From: Patescibacteria group bacterium
Lineage (GTDB): Bacteria; Patescibacteriota; WWE3; JAUXAW01; JAYEID01
DNA: 64,000 nt
Reading direction: 5' to 3'
Assembly (NCBI GenBank): GCA_048621635.1
Contig: JBMCWH010000001.1
Span: 4,324 to 68,323, forward strand
The position numbers and the translations under genes were made by a program. This document shows, piece after piece, positions 29,640 through 40,338 of this stretch (position 1 is its first letter; each line of letters begins with the position of its first letter). Below the pieces are notes generated by a model. That model was given only the letters and a program-made list of their open reading frames with translations. It was not told where the DNA came from and searched no databases.

Positions 29640-29719
29640 CGAAGTAATACGTAAACGTCAAGTGATCAAGAACTTCGCTACTTCCTACTTCCTACTAATT
29701 TCTATTAGTAGCTTATTCG
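29640..29719. repeat. Copy of mosaic repeat (..cgctacttcctacttcctactaatttctattagtagcttattcgc)
   Basis: Reverse complement of the aaattagtaggaagtaggaagtag module of copy C. Confidence 0.5.
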
Positions 29720-31210
29720 CTATATCACCTCAATCATATCTCCTACTTTAACCTTAAACTGCGGGTAGAAAAGTATACCAACCTCCATCCCTTTCGTAGC
29801 TTTCTCTACGTCCTCTCTTTTCTCCTCAATATTTTTAATTCTTGCCCGGTGTTCAACTTCTCCATCACGGGTAATTTCGATTCGATTCCCTTCGCGAATT
29901 TCTCCTAAAATAACACGTGTTCCTGCCACCCTGTCTCCGGAACGGGGCAAAGTAAAAGTCTTTATCACTTTTCCAACCCCTTTAACCTCCCCCTCGACTT
30001 TATTCTTCCGCTGTTCTAACGCATTCCTCACACCTTCAATCAATTTATAAATCACATTGTACTTCTGAATAGTTACCTTTAGATCGCTTACCAACCCTTC
30101 TGTACCTGTTTGCTGCTCTGTGTTGAAGGCAAAAATACGAGCATTAGTATCATATGCCAAACGAATATCTGATTCTGTTATCCCGCCTACCCCAGAGAAG
30201 ACCACATTAACTTGATACTCATCCAAGGTAAGATCCTCCACAGAAGCCTCCACTGCTTGAGCAGTTCCTACGGTATCAGCTTTAAGAATTACATTAATTG
30301 TTTTTTCGTCCCTCGGCGCGTAAGTACTTGTCCTTCTTGTTGCCCCTCTACGAATTTGTTCTTCAGATTGACCGCTCACCACAATTGCCCCCACTTCAGG
30401 TACTTCTTCAAATCCGAGAATTTCCACAGGATCAGAAGGAACAGCTTTTTGGATATTCTCACCCTCTAATAACAGGGCCTTCACCTTTCCGTTGATATTC
30501 TTCTGTAATCCCTGATCCTCATCAATCCCTTGCTTAGTAGTTATTTCATCCCCTTTTCTTACGACCCCTTGCTTAACCAAAACGGTAGCCATAGGCCCCC
30601 GGTTCTTATCCATATGAGACTCGATAACTATTCCCTGGAATGGTTCATCACTAGTATCTTCTAACTCTGTGGTCTCTGCCCACAAAAGAATTATTTCCAC
30701 CAATTCATCCACGCCTTCTCCTGTCTCTGCAGAAACAGGTACAACAGTAATCTTTCCTCCCCAATCTTCTGGGGTAAGATCTTCTTCTGCCAGCTGCTGA
30801 TTAACTCGTTCCGGCTGTGCGGTATCTAAATCCATTTTGTTAAGAGCAACAATAATGGGAACATCCGCCTCGCGCGCATACTTTATAGCCTCTTTTGTTT
30901 GCGGTTCCACACCTTCATTAGCCGCTACTACCAAAAGAACTAGATCTGCCACTTTTCCTCCGCGAGAACGCATTTTCGAAAAGGCAGCATGCCCGGGAGT
31001 GTCTAGAAAAGTAATTAGCCGCTTTTCTTCCTCTAACTCCTGTTCTATCTGATAAGCGCGTGTATGTTGAGAAATACCACCATATTCCTGCCGGTTAAGA
31101 TCACGATCTTGAATTGCGGAAAGAAGTGCTGTTTTTCCGTGGTCAACGTGGCCCAGAAGGGTAACCACTGGGGGACGAAATCCTAATTGTTCGTTTTCTT
31201 CTTTCGCCAT
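29720..31210 (-). CDS. infB: Translation initiation factor IF-2, minimal form without N-terminal domains
   Basis: 496 aa; G-domain ([17 protein letters not shown]), beta-barrel and C-terminal domains. Confidence 0.9.
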   Translation of the reverse strand: MAKEENEQLGFRPPVVTLLGHVDHGKTALLSAIQDRDLNRQEYGGISQHTRAYQIEQELEEEKRLITFLDTPGHAAFSKMRSRGGKVADLVLLVVAANEGVEPQTKEAIKYAREADVPIIVALNKMDLDTAQPERVNQQLAEEDLTPEDWGGKITVVPVSAETGEGVDELVEIILLWAETTELEDTSDEPFQGIVIESHMDKNRGPMATVLVKQGVVRKGDEITTKQGIDEDQGLQKNINGKVKALLLEGENIQKAVPSDPVEILGFEEVPEVGAIVVSGQSEEQIRRGATRRTSTYAPRDEKTINVILKADTVGTAQAVEASVEDLTLDEYQVNVVFSGVGGITESDIRLAYDTNARIFAFNTEQQTGTEGLVSDLKVTIQKYNVIYKLIEGVRNALEQRKNKVEGEVKGVGKVIKTFTLPRSGDRVAGTRVILGEIREGNRIEITRDGEVEHRARIKNIEEKREDVEKATKGMEVGILFYPQFKVKVGDMIEVI

Positions 31211-31272
31211 GTTTAGTTCTACTACTCCAAATGGAACTCATATTAAACACTGTTGAAAAATCTAGAAAAATG

Positions 31273-32541
31273 TTACTCATTTTCTATTTCTTCTGATTCT
31301 TGTGGCTGTTCACTGTCTTTTTCACCCTCTTCTTGCTCCTCTTGATCTGACTGTTCAGCTTCCTTTCCGTCCTCCTGATCACCTTCCGCATCTACAGATT
31401 CTTCTTCTACATCCTGGACACTTTCCTCCAAAACCTCATTAATAGTTTCAATAGATTTAGGACCAATTCCCTCCACCTTACTCAGCTCATCAGCCGTCAT
31501 CATCCTAAGTTTAGGCACACTAGTCAAATCCGCCTCTTTTAGGGTATTCTCTATCCTTGTAGGTAACCCAAGACTTTCCAATTCCGTCTCTGGCGCTAAT
31601 TCTCCTTCCGGCCCTTGAATATCAATACGCCAACCAGTTAATTTAGCTGCTAGCCTCACATTCTGACCCCCTTTACCAATAGCAAGAGAAAGCTGATCTT
31701 CTGGCACCTGCACTGTAGCGGTTTCTTTCTCTTCATCAGTTTCTACACTAGTAACCTCAGCAGGCGACAAGGCATTAGCAATAAACTGCTCCACATTTTC
31801 ATTATATTCAATAATATCAATCTTCTCAGGACCAAGCTCCCTTAAAACCGCCTGCACTCGCGTCCCTTTCTGCCCTACTAAAGAACCAACAGGATCAATA
31901 TTTTCATTAGAAGAAGCTGCAGCTATCTTTGTTCTTTTCCCTGCTTCCCGAGCAACGCTTTCGATCGTAACTGTGCCTGAATCTATCTCCGGCACTTCTA
32001 AAGCAAAAAGCTCTTCTACAAAGGCAGGACTGCGGCGAGAAACAATAATCTCCGGACCTTTCCTACCTTCACGAATATTTTTTATTAAAACCCTTATTTG
32101 TTGGTTAACTTGATAGCTCTCGTTAGGTGTCTGTTCCTGGGGAGGAAGAAGTGCTTGTGTCTTGCCTAAATCCAGAACAGCCACACCGTTTTCCAACCGA
32201 AAAATATGGCCTTGGGCAATAGTGCCAATTTTTTGTTTAAATTCACTAACCAGCGCGTCTTTCTCATCTTCTCGCAGTCTCTGAGTAATCACTTGTTTTG
32301 CAGTCTGGGCAGCTATTCTACCAAAACCGGCCGGTGTTATATCCTCCTTTCCACGTAATACACGTACCCCACCGCTCTCAGAGTCCAGATCAATAGTAAC
32401 CTCATCCATATCTTCACCGGGGTGATCTTTACGAAAAGCTGCAAGAAGAGCTTCTTTTATTGCCCCCACAACTTTTTCCTTCTCTAAACCGCGTTCGCTA
32501 CATACCTGGTTAAGTGCGGCAGAAAATTCTGTCTGAACCAT
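31273..32541 (-). CDS. nusA: Transcription termination/antitermination factor NusA
   Basis: The ORF track begins at 32637, but MVQTEFSAALNQV (Met 33) matches NusA N-termini. Has S1, KH1 and KH2 (GKGGQNVRLAAKLTGW) plus an acidic C-terminal tail. Confidence 0.88.
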   Translation of the reverse strand: MVQTEFSAALNQVCSERGLEKEKVVGAIKEALLAAFRKDHPGEDMDEVTIDLDSESGGVRVLRGKEDITPAGFGRIAAQTAKQVITQRLREDEKDALVSEFKQKIGTIAQGHIFRLENGVAVLDLGKTQALLPPQEQTPNESYQVNQQIRVLIKNIREGRKGPEIIVSRRSPAFVEELFALEVPEIDSGTVTIESVAREAGKRTKIAAASSNENIDPVGSLVGQKGTRVQAVLRELGPEKIDIIEYNENVEQFIANALSPAEVTSVETDEEKETATVQVPEDQLSLAIGKGGQNVRLAAKLTGWRIDIQGPEGELAPETELESLGLPTRIENTLKEADLTSVPKLRMMTADELSKVEGIGPKSIETINEVLEESVQDVEEESVDAEGDQEDGKEAEQSDQEEQEEGEKDSEQPQESEEIENE

Positions 32542-32701
32542 AAATTTACCTTTCGCAAGGAAGACTATCATAAAAAACGGATAGAGGCAAGGTCTTGGGA
32601 ATTTTAAATAAATAAGAACCACGGCTCGATTATTCAATGGTTCGACAGCGGAATTGTATAAAATATCAAAAATGCTAAATCGCTACGCCTGCTAAATATG
32701 T

Positions 32702-32760
32702 TCAAGATGTCTACAAGCGAACGCAGTAAGCGATTCAACATCTCCAACATTTCCTACATT
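32702..32760. repeat. Second copy of the caagcgaacgcag / tgttgaatcg repeat
   Basis: See 29553-29625. Confidence 0.45.
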
Positions 32761-32806
32761 ATTAAACAGTTGAGCAATTGAGCAGTCGAACAATGAAAAA
32801 AAGATC

Positions 32807-32815
32807 TGTTATAAT
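32807..32815 (+). promoter_or_regulatory. Extended -10 TGTTATAAT 6 nt before the ychF ATG (leaderless)
   Basis: gatcTGtTATAATttctctATG; same nonamer as the helicase and rnpB promoters. Confidence 0.45.
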
Positions 32816-32821
32816 TTCTCT

Positions 32822-33916
32822 ATGTTAGAGGTAGGCATTATCGGACTTCCCAATGTTGGTAAATCAACTCTATTCAACGCCTTACTAAAAAAACAGGTAG
32901 CTGATACATCTAATTATCCTTTCTGCACTATAGAATCAAATGTAGGAGTTGTAGAAGTCCCTGACCAACGTCCCTACAAAATAGCAGACACCTTAGATAT
33001 CCAGCCGGTTATTCCTGCCGCAGTAGAATTCTACGACATTGCCGGTCTAGTAGAAGGAGCCCACCAAGGAGAGGGTTTGGGAAACCAATTCCTTTCCAAC
33101 ATCCGGGAAGTAACTGCAATTGTTCATGTTGTTCGTCTATTTGAAAATCCCAATGTGCCTTCTGTATCCGACCAAATATCTCCAAAAGAAGACATCAAAA
33201 CTATAAACGCAGAGCTGATGCTTGCAGACCTAGAAGTCTTGGAAAGGCAAGAAATAACTAAGGGAAAAAGAACTAAAGAAGAACAAGAAAAAGCCGAGAC
33301 CTTAGAAAAGGCAGAAAACCTATTAAATGAAGGAACCCCGCTACATAAAGCTGAGTTCAGTAAAGAAGAAACTAAAATCCTCCGTAAATTCAATTTACTA
33401 ACTACCAAACCTGTAATTTACCTCTTTAATGTCTCAGAATCCCAGTTAGAAAATCGAGAAGAAACTAAAGCTAACATTAAAGCTATAATGAAAAAAACAG
33501 GTAACAGCAATGAAACATATTTAATTCTTTCTGCCATGCTAGAAAGAGAAATAAATGATCTAGAACCAGAAGAACAAAAGGAATACTTAGAAGAATTTAA
33601 TTTAGAAGACACAGGTTTAGATAGATTTATTAAAAAAACGTACCAAACTTTAGAACTAATTTCTTTCTTTACTACAGTAGGAGGAAAAGAGGTCCGCGCC
33701 TGGACAACAAAAGAAGGCACTCCAGCACCTGAGGCGGGCGGGCGGATACACTCCGACTTTAAAGAAAATTTTATCCGCGTGGATGTTATCTTTTGGCAAG
33801 ATTTAATTAAAGCCAGAAGCTGGAAACAAGCAAGGGAAAAAGGCAAAGTAGAAACTCACGGCCGCGATTACCAAATCCAAGACGGCGAAGTTGTGGAATT
33901 TAAAATCAGTAGATAA
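32822..33916 (+). CDS. ychF: Ribosome-binding ATPase YchF (Obg-like ATPase)
   Basis: 364 aa; G1 GLPNVGKST, coiled-coil insert, C-terminal TGS domain. Confidence 0.9.
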   Translation: MLEVGIIGLPNVGKSTLFNALLKKQVADTSNYPFCTIESNVGVVEVPDQRPYKIADTLDIQPVIPAAVEFYDIAGLVEGAHQGEGLGNQFLSNIREVTAIVHVVRLFENPNVPSVSDQISPKEDIKTINAELMLADLEVLERQEITKGKRTKEEQEKAETLEKAENLLNEGTPLHKAEFSKEETKILRKFNLLTTKPVIYLFNVSESQLENREETKANIKAIMKKTGNSNETYLILSAMLEREINDLEPEEQKEYLEEFNLEDTGLDRFIKKTYQTLELISFFTTVGGKEVRAWTTKEGTPAPEAGGRIHSDFKENFIRVDVIFWQDLIKARSWKQAREKGKVETHGRDYQIQDGEVVEFKISR

Positions 33917-33925
33917 CCACAAGTG

Positions 33926-33946
33926 TTCTAAACCTTCAAGGTTTAT
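33926..33946. repeat. Palindromic element ttctaaaccttcaaggtttat, preceded by accacaagtgtt
   Basis: Near-identical 20-mer at 47654-47674; the accacaagtgtt 12-mer also occurs at about 8297-8308. Confidence 0.45.
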
Positions 33947-33973
33947 ATTCCTATACTCAACTCAAATTTTATT

Positions 33974-34465
33974 ATGAAAAAACCCCAATATAAAAATAGA
34001 GACCCTAAACTTGAAACCTCGGGCAAGATAGTTGGCTTTTACGAGCGGGAGTTTTACTGTTTCTCAAACTTTTCAAGTTTTTCTGTTACCTGGCAAGGAA
34101 AATATTGGCAAACATCTGAACATGCATACCAAGCAGCGCACTTTTTTGAAACTGCTCCCAAATTAGCTGAACAAATTCGTAAGGCCAATTCGGCACACGA
34201 AGCTTACAAAATTGCGAAGCGAAATGCAGACAAAATCTCCGAAGATTGGAACAATAGAAAGATTGAAGTAATGGAAGAAATTGTCAGACACAAATTAAAT
34301 CAAAATCCCTACATTAAACACAAACTTATTCAAACTGGAGACAGGAAAATTGTCGAAGATTCTCCCAAAGATAACTTCTGGGGCTGGGGACCAGATAGAA
34401 ATGGAAGAAACGAACTAGGTAAAATCTGGATGAGATTAAGAGAAGAACTAAAATCAACCCCCTAG
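33974..34465 (+). CDS. NADAR (YbiA-like, DUF1768) domain protein
   Basis: 163 aa; ...FYEREFYCFSNFS...WQTSEHAYQAAHF...DNFWGWG motifs characteristic of the NADAR family. Confidence 0.75.
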   Translation: MKKPQYKNRDPKLETSGKIVGFYEREFYCFSNFSSFSVTWQGKYWQTSEHAYQAAHFFETAPKLAEQIRKANSAHEAYKIAKRNADKISEDWNNRKIEVMEEIVRHKLNQNPYIKHKLIQTGDRKIVEDSPKDNFWGWGPDRNGRNELGKIWMRLREELKSTP

Positions 34466-34617
34466 ACCTTAAAAAAAAGAAGATCGACTAGGCTAAAAAA
34501 CCAGCCAAGTATAAAAACAATAATACCTTGATCCAAAAGAAATCCACCTTCCCGATTTCTACTAATCCCCCTGAAGAGTATGATAACGGGGCTACTAAAA
34601 TTTTTTTTGGAAGGAAG

Positions 34618-34977
34618 TCAAACAAAAGAACTCAAAAACCAATTAACCAAGGCGAGGATAATACCGAAAAGGAGGGCAGAGAAAAAGTCCCGAACTGCAA
34701 ACTCCGGAACCAAACGGCTGGTCAGCATTATTATCAAGGTGTTTATCACCAAGGTAAATAAACCTAAAGTTAAGATATTTATAGGAAGAGTAAGAAAAAT
34801 AAGAAAGGGACGGAGAAAAGCGTTAAGAACCCCCAAAATTATAGAAGTAACAATCGCAACGCTAAAGGAAGCTACCTGCACACCTGGAGTTACATAACTG
34901 GCAGTAAAAACCGCCAGCCCTCTAATCAAAAGCTTAAGTAAAAAAGAAATCAAGCTCATTGGAATAAAATTACTCAT
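34618..34977 (-). CDS. Small 4-TM membrane protein, DUF360/YvlD-like
   Basis: 119 aa, four predicted TM helices; 4-nt gap after dnaK, so it is the last gene of the hrcA-grpE-dnaK operon. The lysine-rich antisense ORFs are rejected. Confidence 0.5.
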   Translation of the reverse strand: MSNFIPMSLISFLLKLLIRGLAVFTASYVTPGVQVASFSVAIVTSIILGVLNAFLRPFLIFLTLPINILTLGLFTLVINTLIIMLTSRLVPEFAVRDFFSALLFGIILALVNWFLSSFV

Positions 34978-34980
34978 TGC

Positions 34981-36897
34981 TTACTCATCTACAACCTCTC
35001 CCTCCTTTACGTCGCCATCGTCCCTTTCTTCCTCTTCTCCTCCCGAAACCTTACCCTCCTCATCCGGCTGCACGCCAGCTTGTTCTGATCCTGCCGAAGG
35101 ACCTTGAGCCTTGTAAACAGCCTCACCAATTTTTTGCAATTCTTGGGAAAGTTGTTCTGACTTGCTTTTTAATTCTTCTACAGAAGCATCTTCCAACATA
35201 CCACGAAGCTCTTCAACTTTTTCTTCAATAGAAACCTTTACCTCAGCATCCACATCCTCCCCCGCTTCTTCCAAAGCTTGCTCTGCAACGTGGCAAATAT
35301 TGTCGGCCTGGTTCCGCGCCTCAGCTCTTTCCCTTCGCTTACGATCCTCTTCCGCATGTTCCTCCGCCTCTCGCTGCATCCTATCTACCTCATCCTCAGA
35401 AAGGCCAGTTGCTCCTTCCACAGTAATTTTTTGCTCTTTACCTGTTCCTTTATCTTTAGCACTAACTTCCACAATTCCATTAGCATTAATATCAAAAGTA
35501 ACCTCAATTTGCGGAACACCACGCGGTGCAGGTGGAATTCCGTCTAAGATAAAGCGTCCCAAAGATTTGTTATCCGCTGCCATCTCTCGCTCACCTTGCA
35601 ACACATGAATTTCCACGGAAGTTTGGTTATCTCCAGCAGTAGAAAACACTTTAGAAGCAGAAGTAGGAATAGTAGTATTCCGCTCAATCATAGGCGTCAT
35701 AACTCCACCAAGGGTTTCAATTCCCAAAGTAAGGGGGGTAACGTCCAAAAGAACAACATCTTCCACATCGCCCTTAAGCACACCTGCCTGCACTGCAGCA
35801 CCAACACCTACAACCTCATCAGGATTGACACTTTTATTAGGCTCCTTCCCAAAAAACTCGGTCACGTCAGAAATAATCTTGGGCATCCGCGTCTGCCCTC
35901 CTACTAAGATTACCTCGTCAATATCCTCTGTTACCATCTCCGCGTCATCAAGAGCTTTCTGACAAGGATCAAACGTTTTTTCAACTAAATCTTCAGTTAA
36001 TTGATCCAACTTAGCGCGGGTAAGAGTAATATCCAAATGCTTGGGGCCTGAGTCAGTCATAGTAATATAGGGGACATTAACATTAGTTTCTTGCTTAGAG
36101 GAAAGCTCAATTTTCGCTTTTTCCGCAGCATCTTTGAGGCGTTGCATTGCCTGTGCGTCTGTAGAAAGATCAACTCCTTGCTGTTTCTTAAATTCTTCCA
36201 AAAGATAATCAATTATCCGATCGTCAAAATCCTCACCACCAAGAAAGGTATCACCATTAGTAGAAAGAACCTCATAAACACCCTCCCCAATTTCGAGGAT
36301 AGAAATATCAAAAGTACCACCACCCAAATCATACACGGCAATCTTTTGATTACCTTTTTCTGCTAAACCATAAGCTAAACTAGATGCTGTAGGCTCATTT
36401 ACAATCCTCTTCACTTCAAAACCAGCAATTTGCCCGGCTTCTTTGGTAGCATTGCGCTGAGAATCATCAAAATACGCCGGAACCGTAATCACCGCCTCGT
36501 TTACATCTTCTCCCAAATAATCTTCTGCATCCCGCTTCATTTTAGAAAGAACCATTGCTGAAATCTCCTGCGGAGTGTATTTCTTACCTTCAACTTCCAA
36601 CACAGCTAACCCATTCTTCCCTTCCACAATGTTATAAGGAACCATATCCATGGCTTTAGAAACCATAGGATCATCAAACCGCCGCCCCATCAACCTCTTT
36701 ACAGCATAAATAGTATTCTTAGGATTAACCAACATCTGGCGCTTTGCCTGGGCCCCTACCAAATCCTTTACCGGGTCCACCACAGAAGGGGTAAGGCGGT
36801 CTCCTTCTGCATTAGGAATTACTTTTGGCTGCCCAGCTTCCATCACAGCCATTACTGAATTTGTTGTACCTAGATCAATTCCAATAATTTTTGACAT
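34981..36897 (-). CDS. dnaK: Chaperone DnaK (Hsp70)
   Basis: 638 aa; [29 protein letters not shown] signatures. Confidence 0.96.
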   Translation of the reverse strand: MSKIIGIDLGTTNSVMAVMEAGQPKVIPNAEGDRLTPSVVDPVKDLVGAQAKRQMLVNPKNTIYAVKRLMGRRFDDPMVSKAMDMVPYNIVEGKNGLAVLEVEGKKYTPQEISAMVLSKMKRDAEDYLGEDVNEAVITVPAYFDDSQRNATKEAGQIAGFEVKRIVNEPTASSLAYGLAEKGNQKIAVYDLGGGTFDISILEIGEGVYEVLSTNGDTFLGGEDFDDRIIDYLLEEFKKQQGVDLSTDAQAMQRLKDAAEKAKIELSSKQETNVNVPYITMTDSGPKHLDITLTRAKLDQLTEDLVEKTFDPCQKALDDAEMVTEDIDEVILVGGQTRMPKIISDVTEFFGKEPNKSVNPDEVVGVGAAVQAGVLKGDVEDVVLLDVTPLTLGIETLGGVMTPMIERNTTIPTSASKVFSTAGDNQTSVEIHVLQGEREMAADNKSLGRFILDGIPPAPRGVPQIEVTFDINANGIVEVSAKDKGTGKEQKITVEGATGLSEDEVDRMQREAEEHAEEDRKRRERAEARNQADNICHVAEQALEEAGEDVDAEVKVSIEEKVEELRGMLEDASVEELKSKSEQLSQELQKIGEAVYKAQGPSAGSEQAGVQPDEEGKVSGGEEEERDDGDVKEGEVVDE

Positions 36898-36914
36898 AGT
36901 AATTTATCTTGCTA

Positions 36915-37056
36915 CGAAAGCTAATAATTTCTAATTACTCTAATTATTCTAATTAACCTAATCAAGCACCAAACACCAATTCCAAATCTGAAAATTGGTC
37001 ATTGATTATTAGTAATTGGACATTGTTTAGAAATTAGGTCAATTAGTACAATTAGG
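36915..37056. repeat. AT-rich word-repeat region (ctaattactctaattattctaattaacctaat ... attagtaattgg ... aattaggtcaattagtacaattagg)
   Basis: Tandem degenerate taatta/aattag words in the grpE-dnaK spacer; related in flavour to the mosaic family. Confidence 0.4.
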
Positions 37057-37515
37057 TTAATTTTCCACGACTACTCTTGCCGGTCTTAACAATTTTCCCT
37101 TTAAGGTATAACCTTTACGAACCACCTTTTTAACAACTGCTTCCTTTTCCTCCACATCCTCAGCCTTCTCTACGCACTCCATCACAGAAGGATCAAATTC
37201 TTTTCCTTCAGCAACTATCTCTTCTACCCCCTCTTCTTCTAAAACTTCTTTAAACTTTCTCAGTATTTGTCGTAAGCCAGAATCTTCTTCCGCCGCCACT
37301 GCAGATTCCAAATCATCTAACACAGGAAGAAGTTTAGAAACAATCATGAATCCTGCAAATTTAGAAAGATCCTTCCTTTCCTTAGCGACTCTCTTCTCCA
37401 AATTACGGTAATCAGCTAAAGCACGCTTCCATTTCTCTTCGTAATCCCGTCCTTCCTTCTTTTCTTCTCGAGAATCCTGTTCTCGTTGTTTTTCTTCCTT
37501 TTTTAAGTCTGTCAT
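37057..37515 (-). CDS. grpE: Nucleotide exchange factor GrpE
   Basis: 152 aa; acidic N-terminus, coiled coil, GrpE C-terminal beta domain. Confidence 0.9.
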   Translation of the reverse strand: MTDLKKEEKQREQDSREEKKEGRDYEEKWKRALADYRNLEKRVAKERKDLSKFAGFMIVSKLLPVLDDLESAVAAEEDSGLRQILRKFKEVLEEEGVEEIVAEGKEFDPSVMECVEKAEDVEEKEAVVKKVVRKGYTLKGKLLRPARVVVEN

Positions 37516-37517
37516 GA

Positions 37518-37600
37518 TTTTCCGCTTTCCGTTCTCCTCATTCCGCTTTCGGCTTTCCGCCAGAGCGGAAAAGCGGTTAGCCGAATCCCGAAGGCGGCAT
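37518..37600. repeat. GC-rich word repeat (ccgctttccg / cggctttccgcc / gagcggaaaagcgg) in the hrcA-grpE spacer
   Basis: Resembles the ggatagcggtaggcggaatgcggatggcggaaa module of copy C and the ccgctttccg...ggccgaaagcgg pair in the rpsT leader at 40265-40330. Confidence 0.4.
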
Positions 37601-37603
37601 TAC

Positions 37604-38335
37604 CTACCATTCTTTACCAAGTTCGCGCAAAAGACCAGAAACATACCGAACACGCGGAATAACTTTGTAATACTCCATTCTGTTGGGACCTAACACACCT
37701 ACTACACCATAACCTTCTCGCAACTCAATAGGTGAAAAAACCAAACCACAAGGCTCTAAATGTGTGAGCCCCAGTTCCGCACCAACCAAAGTATGTACAC
37801 CCTCACTTAACTCTGCTCGATCAAAGAGTTCCTCCAAAAGTTCTGGGTGATCCAGCAAATGTAAAGCTGTCTTAGTAACATCGATATCAAAAAATTCAGG
37901 ATGATCCAACACATTTACAGCACCGGAGGAAAAAACACGCTCTTTAGCTAAAACAATAGACAATCCTTTTGTCGAATCCGCCAACGCGTTTGCTGTTTCG
38001 TACCACAAATCTGCGGCACTAAAGCGATGGGGCCATAACCGCTGCTTGAGAGAAACCTCCTCGATCACCGGCAACTCATTCTCTTCCATCAACTCATTAA
38101 TGTAAAAGCGAAACCCCATGGTAGTAGGAAATCGGCCGGCAGAAGCATGGGGCTTATCCAACAAACCCTCCTCAATTAACCTTGCCATCTCATTACGAAC
38201 TGTTGCGGGAGAAATATCCAAGCCACAGCGCTCTACCAATCGCTTAGAGCCAATCGGCTCCGCTTCTTCAATAAATTCCTCCACAACATCGCAAAGCAAT
38301 CGCTTTTGCCGCTCAGTAAGATCAGAAATAGCCAT
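37604..38335 (-). CDS. hrcA: Heat-inducible transcription repressor HrcA (short form)
   Basis: 243 aa; N-terminal wHTH (LTERQKRLLCDVVEEFIEEAEPIGSKRL...ISPATVRNEMARLE), shorter than the typical 340 aa. Confidence 0.8.
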   Translation of the reverse strand: MAISDLTERQKRLLCDVVEEFIEEAEPIGSKRLVERCGLDISPATVRNEMARLIEEGLLDKPHASAGRFPTTMGFRFYINELMEENELPVIEEVSLKQRLWPHRFSAADLWYETANALADSTKGLSIVLAKERVFSSGAVNVLDHPEFFDIDVTKTALHLLDHPELLEELFDRAELSEGVHTLVGAELGLTHLEPCGLVFSPIELREGYGVVGVLGPNRMEYYKVIPRVRYVSGLLRELGKEW

Positions 38336-38427
38336 AGAAAGTTACTTCAAAAACAAATTACAAACTTCAAATAACAAACTACTGTTTGGAACTTGCTATT
38401 TGGTGCTTGTAGTTTGTTATTTCCCCA

Positions 38428-38454
38428 CTAGCAATATTGTAACGTGAGTGATAA
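38428..38454. promoter_or_regulatory. Degenerate CIRCE-like inverted repeat upstream of hrcA
   Basis: cTAGCAaTa-ttgtaacgt-GAGTGaTAA against the CIRCE consensus TTAGCACTC-N9-GAGTGCTAA (left arm 6/9, right arm 8/9). Confidence 0.35.
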
Positions 38455-38517
38455 ACCAATGTCAAGGAGTAGGTGATCGGAGCCGTCCCCACAGCAAATA
38501 ATCATAACATTGATCAA

Positions 38518-40188
38518 CTATTTTCCCGATTCTTTCCTCCTAAATTGGGCGAGGATTAATCGAGTAAGCTGCCTACATTCACGGACATTAAAAATGTAAG
38601 TAAAGCACAAATAAACGACCAACCCGGAAAAAGCCGCCGTACCTGTAAGTAAAAATAGGCCAATTACACGTGTAGTATCAAAAACTAGTTTATCCAAAAG
38701 CTTCATAGGAATATACAAGAAAACACCGGAAAAGAAAGCTGACCAACCAATTTTTGTCAGGGGCGCAAGTAATTCGACACGATCAAATTTCCCAATTTTC
38801 CTCTCTAAAAAAATAAATTGAACCACAGTTTGAACAGCGCTAGCAAAAGAAAGAGCTAGAGGTATCGCCCACACTCCCCAACCAATAACGCGCGTAAACA
38901 AAGCAGCTAAAGAAATTCCCAAAGCAGAAAAAAATAAAGTAATCTTAACCGGAGTTTTTGCCTCCTCTAAAGCATAGAAAGCACGATTTAAAAGATAAAG
39001 AACCGCCTGAAAAACCACCTCTAAGGAAAAAAAAGCTACAGCGTAGCCAGTAAGAATAGTTGCCTTCCAAGAAAATCTTTTTGCACCAAAGGCTAAACGC
39101 ACAGCAGGTATTCTCAAAACCAGCAAAATAACTGCAGCAGGAGCAGCTAGAAATAAAGTTTGCTGTAAGGAAGATTTAAACACGTCCCGAAACTCATTTG
39201 CTTCTTTTGCAGAAGTATGACGGGAAAGAACAGGAAGAGCAGCTTCTGAAATACTCATTCCAAAAAGTGCTACAGGTAAAAGCTTTAAGTGTCGCGCAAA
39301 TGTCAACACAGCTACGTTAGAAACACTATCAATAGTAGGAACCAAAGAAGCTAAACTAATCTGAATTATACTACTCATTTTTCCTCCTAGAAGAGCTATT
39401 GCCCTTGGTACCATGAGCTTAAAAACTCTTCTTACTTCGAGATGGAAAAGCTTCTTTCCCACACTTTGCCACGAAAAGCCAAGAGAGTAAGCTAGCGGTA
39501 GCTGGACAACAAAGTGAAGAAAAGATCCAAAAACCATACCCCAGGCTGGCCCCCAAACACCAAAACGAGGGGCGAGAGCAACAATACCTAAGATAACGCC
39601 AAAGTTATAGAAAACTGAAGCTAAAGCAGGAAGCAAAAAACGCTGAAAAGAATGCAAAATCCCAGTCAGAAAATAACTAAGAACAAAGAAAAACTGCGCA
39701 CCTGTCATTACCCGAACAAGACCGCTCATCAACTGTATTTCCTCCTTGGAAAAACCAGGGGCAACCAACCGCGAAATAGGTTCAGAAAAGAAAAGAAGGA
39801 CAAAACCTAATACAGAAAAGCACAAAAGAGCCAGATTCAAAACTGTCCCTGCCACAACCCATCCTTCCTTCTGCCGGGCATCATCAGATTGACCCCTCTC
39901 GACTGATTCTCCCGACCCGCCCAAATAACTTGTAAAAACAGGAATGAAAGAGGCGGAAAAAACAGCGGAGCCTAAGATATAAAATATTGTATCCGGAATT
40001 TCAACAGCTGCCCAGAAAACCCCCAGATCCGGCTGTGCACCAAAAAAGCTTGCCAAAAGTCGATCGCGGACCAACCCCAAAGCCTTGGAAGCAAGAACAG
40101 TAACCATTATAAACGCAGCAGCTCGGTGAATCTTCGGCTGTCTTTGCGTTAAAATTTTCCTTCCTTGCGTCCAAACTTTTTCAAACAC
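38518..40188 (-). CDS. murJ: Lipid II flippase MurJ/MviN
   Basis: 556 aa polytopic; GTG start; conserved MurJ N-terminal blocks (VLASKALGLVRDRLLASFFG). Confidence 0.85.
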   Translation of the reverse strand: MFEKVWTQGRKILTQRQPKIHRAAAFIMVTVLASKALGLVRDRLLASFFGAQPDLGVFWAAVEIPDTIFYILGSAVFSASFIPVFTSYLGGSGESVERGQSDDARQKEGWVVAGTVLNLALLCFSVLGFVLLFFSEPISRLVAPGFSKEEIQLMSGLVRVMTGAQFFFVLSYFLTGILHSFQRFLLPALASVFYNFGVILGIVALAPRFGVWGPAWGMVFGSFLHFVVQLPLAYSLGFSWQSVGKKLFHLEVRRVFKLMVPRAIALLGGKMSSIIQISLASLVPTIDSVSNVAVLTFARHLKLLPVALFGMSISEAALPVLSRHTSAKEANEFRDVFKSSLQQTLFLAAPAAVILLVLRIPAVRLAFGAKRFSWKATILTGYAVAFFSLEVVFQAVLYLLNRAFYALEEAKTPVKITLFFSALGISLAALFTRVIGWGVWAIPLALSFASAVQTVVQFIFLERKIGKFDRVELLAPLTKIGWSAFFSGVFLYIPMKLLDKLVFDTTRVIGLFLLTGTAAFSGLVVYLCFTYIFNVRECRQLTRLILAQFRRKESGK

Positions 40189-40338
40189 AGTAGATTTTAT
40201 GCTAACATCCTATTGCGATAACTAGCAAGCAGATGGTACAATCGGCTCACAGCGTCCCGTTCACCGCCGACCGCTTTCCGTAAATCATTTACAAATCTCT
40301 AGCGGGAGGCCGAAAGCGGAACGCCGTAGGCTGCAAAT

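Noticed and set aside
34528-34897. Lysine/arginine-rich plus-strand ORFs opposite the DUF360 gene
   Set aside because: These low-complexity basic translations overlap a well-formed 4-TM membrane protein gene that is in operon position after dnaK.
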